From assembly GCA_963796955.1 (NCBI GenBank), contig CAWCNJ010000004.1, positions 32,001 through 96,000 on the forward strand: a stretch of 64,000 bases of DNA, read 5' to 3'. This document shows positions 20,810 to 30,397 of the stretch, in pieces (positions within the stretch are counted from its first letter, which is position 1; each line of letters begins with the position of its first letter). A program made the position numbers and the translations under genes. Source of the stretch: Endomicrobiales bacterium. GTDB taxonomy: Bacteria > Elusimicrobiota > Endomicrobiia > Endomicrobiales > JALOBY01. A model generated the notes under the pieces. The model was not told the DNA's origin and did no database searches. It saw only the letters and a program-made list of their open reading frames with translations.

Positions 20810-21450
20810 AGATCCTGGCGATAGAGACATCAGGCAAAACACTGGGCCTTGCGCTGGCGGACGGCGGTAACGTAGTTGGAGAGATCTTTTTAGAAGCAGG
20901 TCATACGCATTCGGAAAGGATCCTGCCTGAACTTGAAAAACTCTTAAAGAAAGCCCGTGTTCAGCTGGCCGATATAGATAAAATAGCCGTAAGTGTAGGC
21001 CCCGGCAGCTTTACCGGCATACGCATCGGTCTTGTCTGCGCCCGGGTATTAGCGCAAGAACTTAAAATTCCATTAGTGGGCGTTGATACATTAACTATTC
21101 TGGAATCCGCCGTTAAAACCCCGGGCGTTAAGGCTGTTGCCGCCATCGATGCCCTGCGCAATGAAGTTTATGTTCGCACTACAAAAAGCATAGAGATCCA
21201 GACCGCTGAAAAATTTTTCGAAGCTCTGGCAAAGCGAAAAACACCCGCAGTAGTTGCGGGTAATGCCGCCATAGTCCACGCCGAATTCCTTAAAAATCTG
21301 AAGCTAACAACCGCAGGTCCCGACCACATGTACCCCCGCGCCGGCACCCTCGCCCTCCTCGCCGAAAAACTAAAAGGCCAAAAATACGACAAAGTTCTCC
21401 CGGTCTATGTAAGAAAATCCTGGGCCGAAGAGTCCAGAAAAACAAAATAA
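20806..21450 (+). CDS. tsaB: t6A biosynthesis protein TsaB
   Basis: MKILAIETS start at 20806, HSE, GPGSFTGIRIG. Confidence 0.96.
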   Translation: MKILAIETSGKTLGLALADGGNVVGEIFLEAGHTHSERILPELEKLLKKARVQLADIDKIAVSVGPGSFTGIRIGLVCARVLAQELKIPLVGVDTLTILESAVKTPGVKAVAAIDALRNEVYVRTTKSIEIQTAEKFFEALAKRKTPAVVAGNAAIVHAEFLKNLKLTTAGPDHMYPRAGTLALLAEKLKGQKYDKVLPVYVRKSWAEESRKTK

Positions 21451-21454
21451 TCGT

Positions 21455-21790
21455 ATGGATCACGTTAACCTTACTTTCGGTGTAACGTACATAGCGCTCG
21501 GGTTGGTTTCAATAATAGTCTCAGTCCCGCTGGTAATGCGCAAGATAAAAATGAACCGCTGGTACGGTATCCGTTTGCCGAAGGCCTTTAAATCCGATGA
21601 GAACTGGTACAAAATAAATGAATACGGCGGCAAACAGTTAATTTTATGGTCAGTGGTGCCGATCGCAGCAGGTATCATGGTATTGCTCATGCCGCCTTTG
21701 CTGCCGCAATACGTGGCAGTGCTTGGCATAGTCCCGCTCCTATTGTTCTTACCCCTGATAAAGATCCTGATCTTTTCGAAAAAACTTTAA
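21455..21790 (+). CDS. SdpI/YhfL family membrane protein
   Basis: NRWYGIR...KSDENWYKINEYGG between TM segments. Confidence 0.85.
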   Translation: MDHVNLTFGVTYIALGLVSIIVSVPLVMRKIKMNRWYGIRLPKAFKSDENWYKINEYGGKQLILWSVVPIAAGIMVLLMPPLLPQYVAVLGIVPLLLFLPLIKILIFSKKL

Positions 21791-21807
21791 CCAAACGAGG
21801 GGTGCCT

Positions 21808-22393
21808 ATGAAAAAGAATATCCTGATCATTTCCGGTAGTCCTAAGAGAGATGGGAATACGGGTACGCTTATTCAATGGTTCTGCGACGGGGTGCAGGGT
21901 CAGGAACGTTGAGATCAGTTTGGCTAATGCCGCTTCTTTAAAGCTTAAGGCAACGGGTTGTACTTCTTGCCGGGTTTGTCAGAAGGCAGTTGAGTACGGC
22001 TGTGTTATTAAGGATGAGGCCTCGGATGTGATACGCCAGATGATCGGAGCCGATGTTATTGTAATGGCCACGCCGCTTTACTTTTTTTCCGCCAGCGCTC
22101 ACCTGAAAGTAATAATGGACCGTATGTTCTCTCTGTATAAATGGGACAATGCGGCTAATATAATGCAGACGGTGTTGAAAGGTAAAAAACTGGTATTGAT
22201 AGCGAGCGCCTATGAAGATATCGGCCTTGAAGACCTGGAGAAACCATTTAAGCTGACAGCGGATTATTCCGGTATGACATACGACTCCCTACTTGTACCG
22301 AATGCGGGTGTGTCCGGTGAGATTACAAAAATTGCAGGGCTTAAGGAAAGAACCATTGAGTTCGGCAAATCTGTTTTTGGGTTCAGGGGGTAA
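21808..22393 (+). CDS. Iron-sulfur flavoprotein/flavodoxin family (frameshift at G-run 21889-21892)
   Basis: [11 protein letters not shown] in one frame; CTSCRVC...C and ATPLYF in the next frame. Confidence 0.85.
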
Positions 22394-22395
22394 GT

Positions 22396-22815
22396 ATGAA
22401 ACATTTTCGTAAAGAGCTGTTTTTTGAAGTACCCAAACGCATGGGGTTCGTAAATATCACTGATTCCGTAGAAAAAGCATTAGCCGAAAGCGGCGTTCGC
22501 GAAGGCCTGTGCCTGGTAAACGCCATGCATATCACAGCCAGCGTATTTATAAACGATAACGAACCCGGCCTGCATCAGGATTACGCCAAATGGCTGGAAC
22601 AACTGGCCCCGCACAAGCCCGTAAGCCAGTATCAACACAACCGCACCGGCGAAGACAACGGCGACGCCCACCTCAAGCGCCAGATCATGGGCCGCGAGGT
22701 AGTGGTAGCAATCACCAAAGGCGAACTGGATTTCGGCCCCTGGGAACAAATTTTCTACGGCGAATTCGACGGCCTCCGTCGCAAACGCGTCCTGATCAAG
22801 ATCATCGGTGAATAG
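22396..22815 (+). CDS. yjbQ: YjbQ/UPF0047 family protein
   Basis: [30 protein letters not shown]. Confidence 0.93.
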   Translation: MKHFRKELFFEVPKRMGFVNITDSVEKALAESGVREGLCLVNAMHITASVFINDNEPGLHQDYAKWLEQLAPHKPVSQYQHNRTGEDNGDAHLKRQIMGREVVVAITKGELDFGPWEQIFYGEFDGLRRKRVLIKIIGE

Positions 22816-22852
22816 CCGACATAATCTATAAATCAACCAAATCTGGGGGGAA

Positions 22853-23137
22853 ATGAAAAGAATAATAAAGACCGGGTGTTGCGGGTTTCCGGTTGCACGA
22901 TTGAAATATTATAAAGATTTTGGGTGTATTGAGATAAATGCTACTTTTTACCGGCTGCCGGAGCTGGCGGTGGCTCGCAAGTGGCGGGCGGAGGTCAGTT
23001 TCAATACAAAAGAACTTAAGAAAATACTTTCCTACTGCGATAAACCCGAAAACTACACTATGTTCGACCACTTCAAAATGTATAACGACGCTCTGGAACT
23101 GCGCACGTTGGCCAACCCTGATACCAAGATCGTCTAA
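22853..23137 (+). pseudogene. DUF72 family gene with large internal in-frame deletion
   Basis: N-terminal GCCGF...EINATFYRLP joined to C-terminal-like YTMFDH..MYNDAL; only 94 aa. Confidence 0.7.
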
Positions 23138-23150
23138 CTGCTTTTCATCA

Positions 23151-23702
23151 TTATTTCTTCAATAACTCATTAAGGTAAACAAGTTTTGCGGCATTCTCTG
23201 TTACGGATGCATACATGGAAGCTTCCTCGATGGTTTTGCCAACCGAAAATACGCCGTGGCCTCGGACCATTACGGATTTGAATGATTTGAAGAGTTCGGG
23301 CAGGTATTTGGCTACTTCGTCTGAGCTGATGGTTTGGGCGGCGGAAAGAACGGGAATGCTTGGCAGGTAGTAAAGGCCTTCGGAATCTATTGGTACTATC
23401 GCGTCTCGGGTCAGCGAAAGGACGATGGCGTGCGGGGCATGGGCGTGAGCTATCGCGTTTATTTCGGGGCAGGCCTGGTAGATGGCGCGGTGCACTTTTA
23501 CTTCTATGGACGCTTCTTTGTCACGGTCGGTATCTGATAAGTTCACTTTTACTATGTCGCTGGCGGTAATATCGCAAAGCCTGGCGCCGTGGCGGGTTAT
23601 AAAAATGTTGAAGTTCTGCCGGAAGCTCATGTTCCCGGAATGTGAGTTATTTAAACCCTGATCGAACAATATCCTTCCGTATTTTGTAAAGTCATTAAAC
23701 AT
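23151..23702 (-). CDS. Class II aldolase/adducin family (FucA-like)
   Basis: SGNMS, SIEVKVHRAIY, HAH, RGHG. Confidence 0.9.
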   Translation of the reverse strand: MFNDFTKYGRILFDQGLNNSHSGNMSFRQNFNIFITRHGARLCDITASDIVKVNLSDTDRDKEASIEVKVHRAIYQACPEINAIAHAHAPHAIVLSLTRDAIVPIDSEGLYYLPSIPVLSAAQTISSDEVAKYLPELFKSFKSVMVRGHGVFSVGKTIEEASMYASVTENAAKLVYLNELLKK

Positions 23703-23718
23703 TTCTTTCTCCCTTACT

Positions 23719-23758
23719 GATCGGTCAGATCTGTCCGATCTGGCGGATCCGTCTGATC
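23719..23758. repeat. Array of five GATC motifs at 9-bp period
   Basis: GATC at 23719, 23728, 23737, 23746, 23755. Confidence 0.9.
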
Positions 23759-24594
23759 TACCAACTATCCGACCCTTCCAGAATATAAACCGTCACACGT
23801 TTGTGCATGTAGGGTTTTTCTTCTTGTTTGTTATTTACTCCCAGATCCACCCGTTTACCTTTGATCATATTCCCGGTATCACCTGCATAACCGTAGCCGT
23901 AACCCGGTACGTAGAGCCTGGTGTGCAGCGGTATCACTTTAGGGTCAACGGCGATAATGCCGCGCTGCATCTTCTGGCCAAGAAAGGTTACTGTGCCGTC
24001 TCCCCAGGCAAGCGGGTCGCCGGGGTAATAGGCTGTGGCTATCATACGCATTTTTTTGCATTTGCTCAGGTCGTAGGTCTTTTCGGTCTTTCCGTCCTTG
24101 CCGATCAGGGCCAGCTGGAAGACGGTTTTTTTAACGGTATGTGTTTTTAAAGGGTTTTGGCCGAAAACAACGCCGTCGTGGTAGGTGGTAAAGCACTCGG
24201 AGATCTTTCTTTTCCGTATCTCTTTTTGCAGCTCTATAGGACGCAAATTGGCGGTATATTGGTTTCGCCATATCAGTTCTGAGGGCAGGTCTTCCTCAAG
24301 ATGTTCTTTTACGCCGCGCACCCGGATAACCCGTACCATACCGCGGCGCGGAAGCGGTCCCATAAGGTCCGGCTCTACGATATCGTCATCTCCCAGATCT
24401 ATCTTCAGCTCTTTTAAAAGATCGCTTACATTTACCGCTTTTGACCGGACGAACAGTTGCTTGCCGTCAACCATTACCAGATGCTGCTGCTGGTAGTACA
24501 GGTAACCTTCCCAGCCGCCTATCAGTGCGAGCAGTATAAGCCCCATTACGGTTATACGGCGTGCCGAAAATATGTTACTTAGTTTCGTAAACAT
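23758..24594 (-). CDS. YabE-like membrane-anchored 3D domain cell-wall protein
   Basis: N-terminal TM; DUF348-like segment; ATAY, IAVDPKVIPL, AGDTG, VDL. Confidence 0.88.
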   Translation of the reverse strand: MFTKLSNIFSARRITVMGLILLALIGGWEGYLYYQQQHLVMVDGKQLFVRSKAVNVSDLLKELKIDLGDDDIVEPDLMGPLPRRGMVRVIRVRGVKEHLEEDLPSELIWRNQYTANLRPIELQKEIRKRKISECFTTYHDGVVFGQNPLKTHTVKKTVFQLALIGKDGKTEKTYDLSKCKKMRMIATAYYPGDPLAWGDGTVTFLGQKMQRGIIAVDPKVIPLHTRLYVPGYGYGYAGDTGNMIKGKRVDLGVNNKQEEKPYMHKRVTVYILEGSDSW

Positions 24595-25183
24595 TCAGGT
24601 AAGGACGTTCCCGGTAGAGAACACCAAGCTTTTTAGCTATCAACGGGCACTTTGAAATATCAAGGCCGGGCAGCGGTATGCAGGTTATGGTAACCTCGGG
24701 GATATATTTTTTGCATTGGCGTATAAAGGCCAGCACGCCGCGGTAAGATCTTGCGCCGAACTGCGGCCTCTGGATACGCAGATAATCTTTGGTGTTGCCC
24801 GCGTTAAGGCTTACGGATATCGCGTCCACCAGGCCTTTAAGTTCGGGTACGATATTACGGTCGTAGAACAGGTTCGCAAGGCCGGTTGTATTCACGCGCA
24901 CTTTCCCGCCATTTTTCTTGACCCAGGCGGCCACTTCCTTAAGTACTTCTGCGCGTAGAGTAGGCTCGCCGTAACCGCAAAACACGATCTCCGGGCATTT
25001 TTTCGGGTTGCCAATAGCTTTTATAACTTCCTGCGCGGTAGGTTCATGTTTCAGCCGCAGGTCTTTGCCGCGGTATTTCCAGTCCCATTTCTGTTTTATA
25101 CAAAAAGAACAGGCGCTGGCACAGCGGTTGGTAAGGTTAACGTAAAGATTTCCGTGATAGGTGTAAGTAATTGTGGCGCTCAT
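24575..25183 (-). CDS. TatD-associated radical SAM protein
   Basis: NLTNRCASACSFC, VFCGYGEP; adjacent to tatD. Confidence 0.92.
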   Translation of the reverse strand: MSATITYTYHGNLYVNLTNRCASACSFCIKQKWDWKYRGKDLRLKHEPTAQEVIKAIGNPKKCPEIVFCGYGEPTLRAEVLKEVAAWVKKNGGKVRVNTTGLANLFYDRNIVPELKGLVDAISVSLNAGNTKDYLRIQRPQFGARSYRGVLAFIRQCKKYIPEVTITCIPLPGLDISKCPLIAKKLGVLYRERPYLNVYETK

Positions 25184-25947
25184 GATGGTATCCTAAATAA
25201 AGTCTGTGCGTTCTTTGTAGTAATGCGGCCTACTTCTTCAGCGGCTATGTCCTTAAGCTCGGCGATCTTTGCCGCGATCTGGGGCAGATAAGCCGGCTCA
25301 TTGCGTTGGCCTCGATACTGTTGCGGGGGCAGGTACGGACAGTCTGTTTCCAAAAGCAGCCTCTCCAGCGGCACTGAGCGAACCACATCGCACAGCGTTT
25401 GTGATTTCGGGTATGTAACCGGCCCGTCAATGCCCAGATACCAGCCCGCCTTAGTTAATTGCTCGGCCTCTGCCAAGCCGCCTGAAAAACAGTGTATCAC
25501 GCCGCGAACGGAGCTTCCTAAACCCTCGAGCAGAGGGAACATATCTTGATAAGCTTCCCGGCAATGAACTATCAACGGTTTATTCAGCGCTTGTGCTAGT
25601 TCCGCGTGGCGCACAAAGGCCGTCTTTTGCGCCTCTGTTCGGCTGCGGTCGTAATGGTAATCCAAACCTGTCTCGCCTATCGCTACCACTTTGGCATCTC
25701 TTGCAAGCGTTGCCAGTGTTGCCCATTGTTCTTCACTTACATCATACACATCGTTCGGATGAATGCCAAGCGCGCAATAAATATTTTTGTGTTCGCGGCA
25801 TAATGCCAGTGTTCCTTCCCATTGGGTTGGGTCGCAGCCAACGTCAATGAGTGTTGAAACACCGGACACCTTCGCTCGCGCCAGCATCGCTTCGCGGTCG
25901 GAATCAAACTTAGTGTCTCTTAAATGGGTGTGGGTATCTATATACAT
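25180..25947 (-). CDS. tatD: TatD family DNase
   Basis: DTHTH, GETGLDY, HCR, HCF, ETDCPYL. Confidence 0.96.
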   Translation of the reverse strand: MYIDTHTHLRDTKFDSDREAMLARAKVSGVSTLIDVGCDPTQWEGTLALCREHKNIYCALGIHPNDVYDVSEEQWATLATLARDAKVVAIGETGLDYHYDRSRTEAQKTAFVRHAELAQALNKPLIVHCREAYQDMFPLLEGLGSSVRGVIHCFSGGLAEAEQLTKAGWYLGIDGPVTYPKSQTLCDVVRSVPLERLLLETDCPYLPPQQYRGQRNEPAYLPQIAAKIAELKDIAAEEVGRITTKNAQTLFRIPS

Positions 25948-25970
25948 TTTTACTCAGTTCGTGCACAGCC

Positions 25971-27497
25971 CTACTTCGGAGCAACTATCCGAGGGAAAAG
26001 AGGTGTCCCCTTGTCAGTTAAGGTCTCAGGGACAGGTGCTGTTAAAATACCATCATTAAAGAAAGCCTGAGATTCTTTCTCTATAGATTGTCCTTCACCT
26101 ATAGCCTGCCATATTTTCGCGCATATGCCCGGCATAACAGGATAAAGCGCGACAGTTGTTGTCTTTATCATGCCAACAAGTTCCCATAGCACGGTTGTCA
26201 ACTCGGGATTATTCTCTTTCGCCATTTTCCATGGCGCGGAGGTTTCTATGAATTGATTGGCAAAATTGATATGTTTCTGAATGGCCTCAAAATAGAAATT
26301 GAAATGAAGGTCGTCCAAATAACTATTTATTTGAGAAACATTCAATGTTTCTTTTGTCGCCGGGCTGGATGCCGGTTGCGGTATCTTGCCGCCGTAATAT
26401 TTCTCTATCATTGTCAGTGTTCTGGAGACCAGGTTGCCAAGGTTATTGGCCAGGTCGGTGTTGAACTTATTGTTCAGCGCCTCCCATGAAATATCGCCGT
26501 CCGTGCCGAACGGGAAAAGTGAAAGGGTGAGGTATCTGGCTCCGTCAACGCCGTATTTCTCTATCATCTCAGCGGGCGCTATAACATTACCAAGCGTCTT
26601 GCTCATTTTGTTGCCGTTTATAGTAAAGAAGCCATGAGCGAATACTTTTTTAGGCAGGGGAAGATCTGCGGCCAGCAGCATCGCGGGCCATATGACCGAG
26701 TGGAACCACAAAATATCTTTCGCCATCAGGTGCACTTCGGCCGGCCACAGCTTTTTAAACTGCTCAGTCTCGCTGTCGTAGCCTATCGCGGAAATATAAT
26801 TTATAAGTGCGTCTACCCATACGTATGCCGTCTGTGTCTTATCGAACGGCAGCGGTATACCCCAGGCAAGGTTCGCTCTGGAGATGCTGATGTCTTCCAG
26901 ACCCAGTTTCAGCTTGCCCAGTATCTCGTTGCGGCGTTCTTTGGGGAGTATCTTTATGTGTTGAGGGTGGTTTTCATCTGACAGTATTGCAAGCAGCTTT
27001 TCCTGATACTGAGAAAGTTTAAAAAAGTAATTTTCTTCCGAATGCGGTGTTGGCTTTTGTTTATGGTCGGGGCAGCAGCTGTCGACCAGGTCCGCCTCTG
27101 AAAGGAATTTTTCGCAGTGCACGCAATAGAGGCCTTCATATTTGCCTTTAGCTATCGCGCCTTTCTCAAATAGCTGTGTAAGGAACTTCGATACGGCTTT
27201 CTCATGAAGTTCATCGGTGGTGCGCACAAAATAATCATTGGTAATATTCAGCTTCTGCCACGCTTCCCGGAACTGCTGGGAAATAATGTCGCAAAATTCC
27301 TTAGGTGTTTTAACGGCTTTTTCCGCGGCTTGGCAGATCTTGGCGCCGTGTTCGTCCGTGCCCGTCAGGAAAAATGTTTCGCTGCCGCGAATACGCTGCC
27401 AGCGCGCGAGAACATCGGCGGCGATGGTTGTGTAAGCGTGGCCGATATGGGGAGAATCATTTACGTAGTAAATAGGCGTCGTAATGTAATATTTCAT
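25971..27497 (-). CDS. metG: Methionine-tRNA ligase (no C-terminal tRNA-binding domain)
   Basis: TPIYYVN, HIGH, KMSKT. Confidence 0.98.
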   Translation of the reverse strand: MKYYITTPIYYVNDSPHIGHAYTTIAADVLARWQRIRGSETFFLTGTDEHGAKICQAAEKAVKTPKEFCDIISQQFREAWQKLNITNDYFVRTTDELHEKAVSKFLTQLFEKGAIAKGKYEGLYCVHCEKFLSEADLVDSCCPDHKQKPTPHSEENYFFKLSQYQEKLLAILSDENHPQHIKILPKERRNEILGKLKLGLEDISISRANLAWGIPLPFDKTQTAYVWVDALINYISAIGYDSETEQFKKLWPAEVHLMAKDILWFHSVIWPAMLLAADLPLPKKVFAHGFFTINGNKMSKTLGNVIAPAEMIEKYGVDGARYLTLSLFPFGTDGDISWEALNNKFNTDLANNLGNLVSRTLTMIEKYYGGKIPQPASSPATKETLNVSQINSYLDDLHFNFYFEAIQKHINFANQFIETSAPWKMAKENNPELTTVLWELVGMIKTTTVALYPVMPGICAKIWQAIGEGQSIEKESQAFFNDGILTAPVPETLTDKGTPLFPRIVAPK

Positions 27498-28325
27498 TTA
27501 TAATCCCATTTTATCGAGTAAGTTGCTGGAAACCTTGCTGACGTGGAATGTTTTACGCACCTTGTCGCCGGCCTTGTCCGGAGCCAGCTCAACAACTACT
27601 TCTTCGCGCAGGCAGTGGGCGCCTACCACCGTTCCCGGGCCATTAGGCGTGGTTACTTTTTCGCCGTAGCGGGGCAGTTTTTTTCTGGCTTTTACATAGA
27701 AATTATGCTCATAGCCCAGGCAGCACATAAGCCTGCCGCAGAGTCCTGAAAGTTTGGCGGTGTTGAGCGGGATGTCTTGTTCTTTTGCCATATCTATGGT
27801 CACGGAAGAGAAATCTTTCAGCCATTCCTGGCAGCATAATCTTCTGCCGCAGTGGCCCACGCCGCCGATCATCTTGGCTTCATCGCGCACGCCTATCTGC
27901 ACCATCTGGATGCGGGTTTTAAGTATGTGGCCCAGATCTTTTATCAGTTCGCGGAAATCTATGCGGTTGTCGGCCGTATAATAAATGAAAAGCTTAGAGC
28001 GGTCGAACGTGTACTGCGCGCACGTAAGCTTCATCTGCAATTCGTGGTCCAGTATTTTGTTAAGTACTATTTTGTGGGCCTGATCGTTCTTTTTCTCGTT
28101 CTCCGCGTCGCGTTTCAGATCGTCCGGCGTTGCCTTGCGCAGCACCTTGCTGACCGGTGTTTTCGGCTTTTCCACGTTCTTCTCGCGTTCGAACACCGTC
28201 GCGATCTCGGTGCCGTGTTCCGTTTCAGTTATAACTTTATCTCCAATATTCAGGTCCAGGTGACCCGCGTCGCCAAGCGATTTTTCTTTCATTCGCCGCA
28301 TCATTAAACCAACGACCATAGGCAT
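27498..28325 (-). CDS. PSP1/RicT(YaaT)-family protein
   Basis: IDFRELIKDL, QIGVRDE, CGRRLCC, CGRLMCCL. Confidence 0.93.
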   Translation of the reverse strand: MPMVVGLMMRRMKEKSLGDAGHLDLNIGDKVITETEHGTEIATVFEREKNVEKPKTPVSKVLRKATPDDLKRDAENEKKNDQAHKIVLNKILDHELQMKLTCAQYTFDRSKLFIYYTADNRIDFRELIKDLGHILKTRIQMVQIGVRDEAKMIGGVGHCGRRLCCQEWLKDFSSVTIDMAKEQDIPLNTAKLSGLCGRLMCCLGYEHNFYVKARKKLPRYGEKVTTPNGPGTVVGAHCLREEVVVELAPDKAGDKVRKTFHVSKVSSNLLDKMGL

Positions 28326-28341
28326 ATATAAACTCCTTTTT

Positions 28342-28381
28342 GATCAGACGGATCTGTCTGATCCGACTGATCTGTCGGATC
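28342..28381. repeat. Array of five GATC motifs at 9-bp period (inverted relative to 23719 copy)
   Basis: GATC at 28342, 28351, 28360, 28369, 28378. Confidence 0.9.
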
Positions 28382-29312
28382 GAGAGGCTAACTTCAACAA
28401 CAACGCGTCCAATAGTATCTGAGCGTTAACGTTGCGCACCAGCATTGCCCGCGCGGCGTTCGTTTGTTCCAGCGCGTCGGCGAAAGCTGCCGGGTCGCGA
28501 CGAAAATCATTTTTTATCTGTATTAATAGATCTTCTAAAAAGGTTTCCACTTCGTCTGCGTTTTCCGCGCTTGCGGCGAGCAGCTGGGCGACCGAGGCTT
28601 TTTGCGACCGTATAAGCTGCCAGGCTGCTTCAGCGGTGTTGCCCGGCTTTGCGATTATCTCCATAGCCCTGGAAAGAGAGCCTTCCGCGAGCGCCGCTAT
28701 TCGTGCGGCAGCCCCCGGTTCCTGGGCGCATTTGTCCTGCAGAAAGCGCGATACCGCCGTCTCGGGAACCGGCTGAAAACGGACTATTTGTACGCGGGAA
28801 ACTATGGTTGCCGGCAAATTCTCCCTGTGCCGTGACAACAGGATGATCACGGTGTTCGGCGGCGGCTCTTCCAGCGTTTTCAACAGGCAATTCGCGGCTT
28901 CCGTCGTTATTTTCTCCGCCGGCTCTATCAGATACACCTTCCAGCGTGCCTCAATTGTTTTCAGGGTTATATCTTTCTGCAGGCTGCGTATCGTTTCTAT
29001 TTTCAGGGAGCGCTGCTTTTCAAGTTCCTGATCCAGCAGCAGCGCCTGCCAGTTAAAATCAACGGTCTTGATATCCGGATGTATGCCGTTATTGATCTTG
29101 TTGCAAGACTGGCAGTTGTCGCACGGCTCAGCGGTGGTCCGGTAATCATTGGTCTGGCAGTTAAGCGCTTTGGCCAGCTCGAGCGCGGTTTTACGGCGGC
29201 CGATACCGTTCATGCCGATGAAAAGATATCCGTGCGAAACCCTGCCGGACCGCAACTGGCTCTGAATGATCTCTTTTGCCTGCTGTTGATCGAGTATCTC
29301 GTTAAAGCTCAT
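28344..29312 (-). CDS. holB: DNA polymerase III delta' subunit
   Basis: Zn cysteines, HPD, AANCLLKTLEEP, TIVSR. Confidence 0.95.
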   Translation of the reverse strand: MSFNEILDQQQAKEIIQSQLRSGRVSHGYLFIGMNGIGRRKTALELAKALNCQTNDYRTTAEPCDNCQSCNKINNGIHPDIKTVDFNWQALLLDQELEKQRSLKIETIRSLQKDITLKTIEARWKVYLIEPAEKITTEAANCLLKTLEEPPPNTVIILLSRHRENLPATIVSRVQIVRFQPVPETAVSRFLQDKCAQEPGAAARIAALAEGSLSRAMEIIAKPGNTAEAAWQLIRSQKASVAQLLAASAENADEVETFLEDLLIQIKNDFRRDPAAFADALEQTNAARAMLVRNVNAQILLDALLLKLASRSDRSVGSDRSV

Positions 29313-29950
29313 CTGAATCTCTTTTCGACGATCTTGACTATCTGGTCGTGAACACTGTCGATATCCTGCAGGGCGTCTATAACGGCGATCCGTTTGGGTT
29401 GTTTCTTCGCCAGGGCTCGAAAACCTGCCCTCACTTTTTTATGGAAAATGATATTTTCCTGTTCTATGCGGTCGCCGGCAAAACCTTCTTTCTGTAATTT
29501 CCGGGCCCGTGCAAGACCGATCTCGGCGGGGATATCCAGCAGCACGGTAAGCGCCGGCATGATACCCATGGTCGCGGCTTCGTTAAGCCGTTCAACGGTT
29601 TTAATATGTATGCCGCGGCCGTAGCTCTGGTAAGCCAGCGTTGAATCCGTGAACCGGTCGCACAGCACCACTTTCCCGCTGTTGAGCGACGGTATTATTA
29701 ATTCCGCCATAAGCTGAGCGCGGCTGGCCTCGTATAAAAAAAGCTCCGCCATCGGCTGAATATGGTTTGCCGGGTTCAGTAATAAAGCACGAATATTCTC
29801 GGAGAACGAACTGCCGCCCGGCTCTCTGGTCATCAGCACCCTGCCGTCAAAGCCGTGCCGGTCCATGTGCCGCGCCAAAAGCTGTATCTGCGTGCTTTTT
29901 CCGCACCCTTCCGGTCCTTCGAATGTGATAAAAATACCTTTCTTCTTCAT
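29309..29950 (-). CDS. tmk: Thymidylate kinase
   Basis: EGPEGCGKST, REPG, DRF, AYQ. Confidence 0.97.
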   Translation of the reverse strand: MKKKGIFITFEGPEGCGKSTQIQLLARHMDRHGFDGRVLMTREPGGSSFSENIRALLLNPANHIQPMAELFLYEASRAQLMAELIIPSLNSGKVVLCDRFTDSTLAYQSYGRGIHIKTVERLNEAATMGIMPALTVLLDIPAEIGLARARKLQKEGFAGDRIEQENIIFHKKVRAGFRALAKKQPKRIAVIDALQDIDSVHDQIVKIVEKRFR

Positions 29951-29962
29951 AAATCAGTCTAA

Positions 29963-30005
29963 ATTCTACCAAAATATACCCCGATTGGCAATGAATGTGT
30001 ATAAT
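29963..30005. promoter_or_regulatory. Divergent promoters for tmk operon and MGMT gene
   Basis: Minus strand TTGCCA-17-TAGAAT (29991-29963); plus strand TGTG-TATAAT (30000-30005). Confidence 0.55.
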
Positions 30006-30034
30006 GTTCAGTGTAGACTGATCACGGAGGGAAT

Positions 30035-30355
30035 ATGATACGAGCTAAGATCATTAACGCTATGAAAACGTACCCGAAGTTCTATCAGAAGGTTTGGACC
30101 GAATGCGCCAATATTCCGAGGGGCACTACGATCTCTTACAGCGAGCTTGCCCGGCGTATCGGCTCTCCACGCGCCGCCCGTGCCGTGGGTCTCGCCCTTG
30201 CCCGTAACCCTTTCGCGCCTGAGATCCCCTGCCACCGCGTCATACGGGCGGACGGCAAAATGGGCGGTTACTCGGGGCCTTGCGGCGTCGCCAGAAAAAT
30301 AGAACTGCTCAAAGCGGAAGCAAGACGGCGGAAAGTGGCAAAGGGACCGCGGTGA
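30035..30355 (+). CDS. Methylated-DNA-protein-cysteine methyltransferase (C-terminal domain only)
   Basis: SYSELA, ARAVG, active site PCHRV. Confidence 0.92.
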   Translation: MIRAKIINAMKTYPKFYQKVWTECANIPRGTTISYSELARRIGSPRAARAVGLALARNPFAPEIPCHRVIRADGKMGGYSGPCGVARKIELLKAEARRRKVAKGPR

Positions 30356-30397
30356 AAACGGTGAATGTATTATAATGACTGATGGGGGACAATATCT

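Noticed and set aside
23719..28381. GATC arrays as CRISPR repeats
   Set aside because: 9-bp period with no unique spacers and no cas genes
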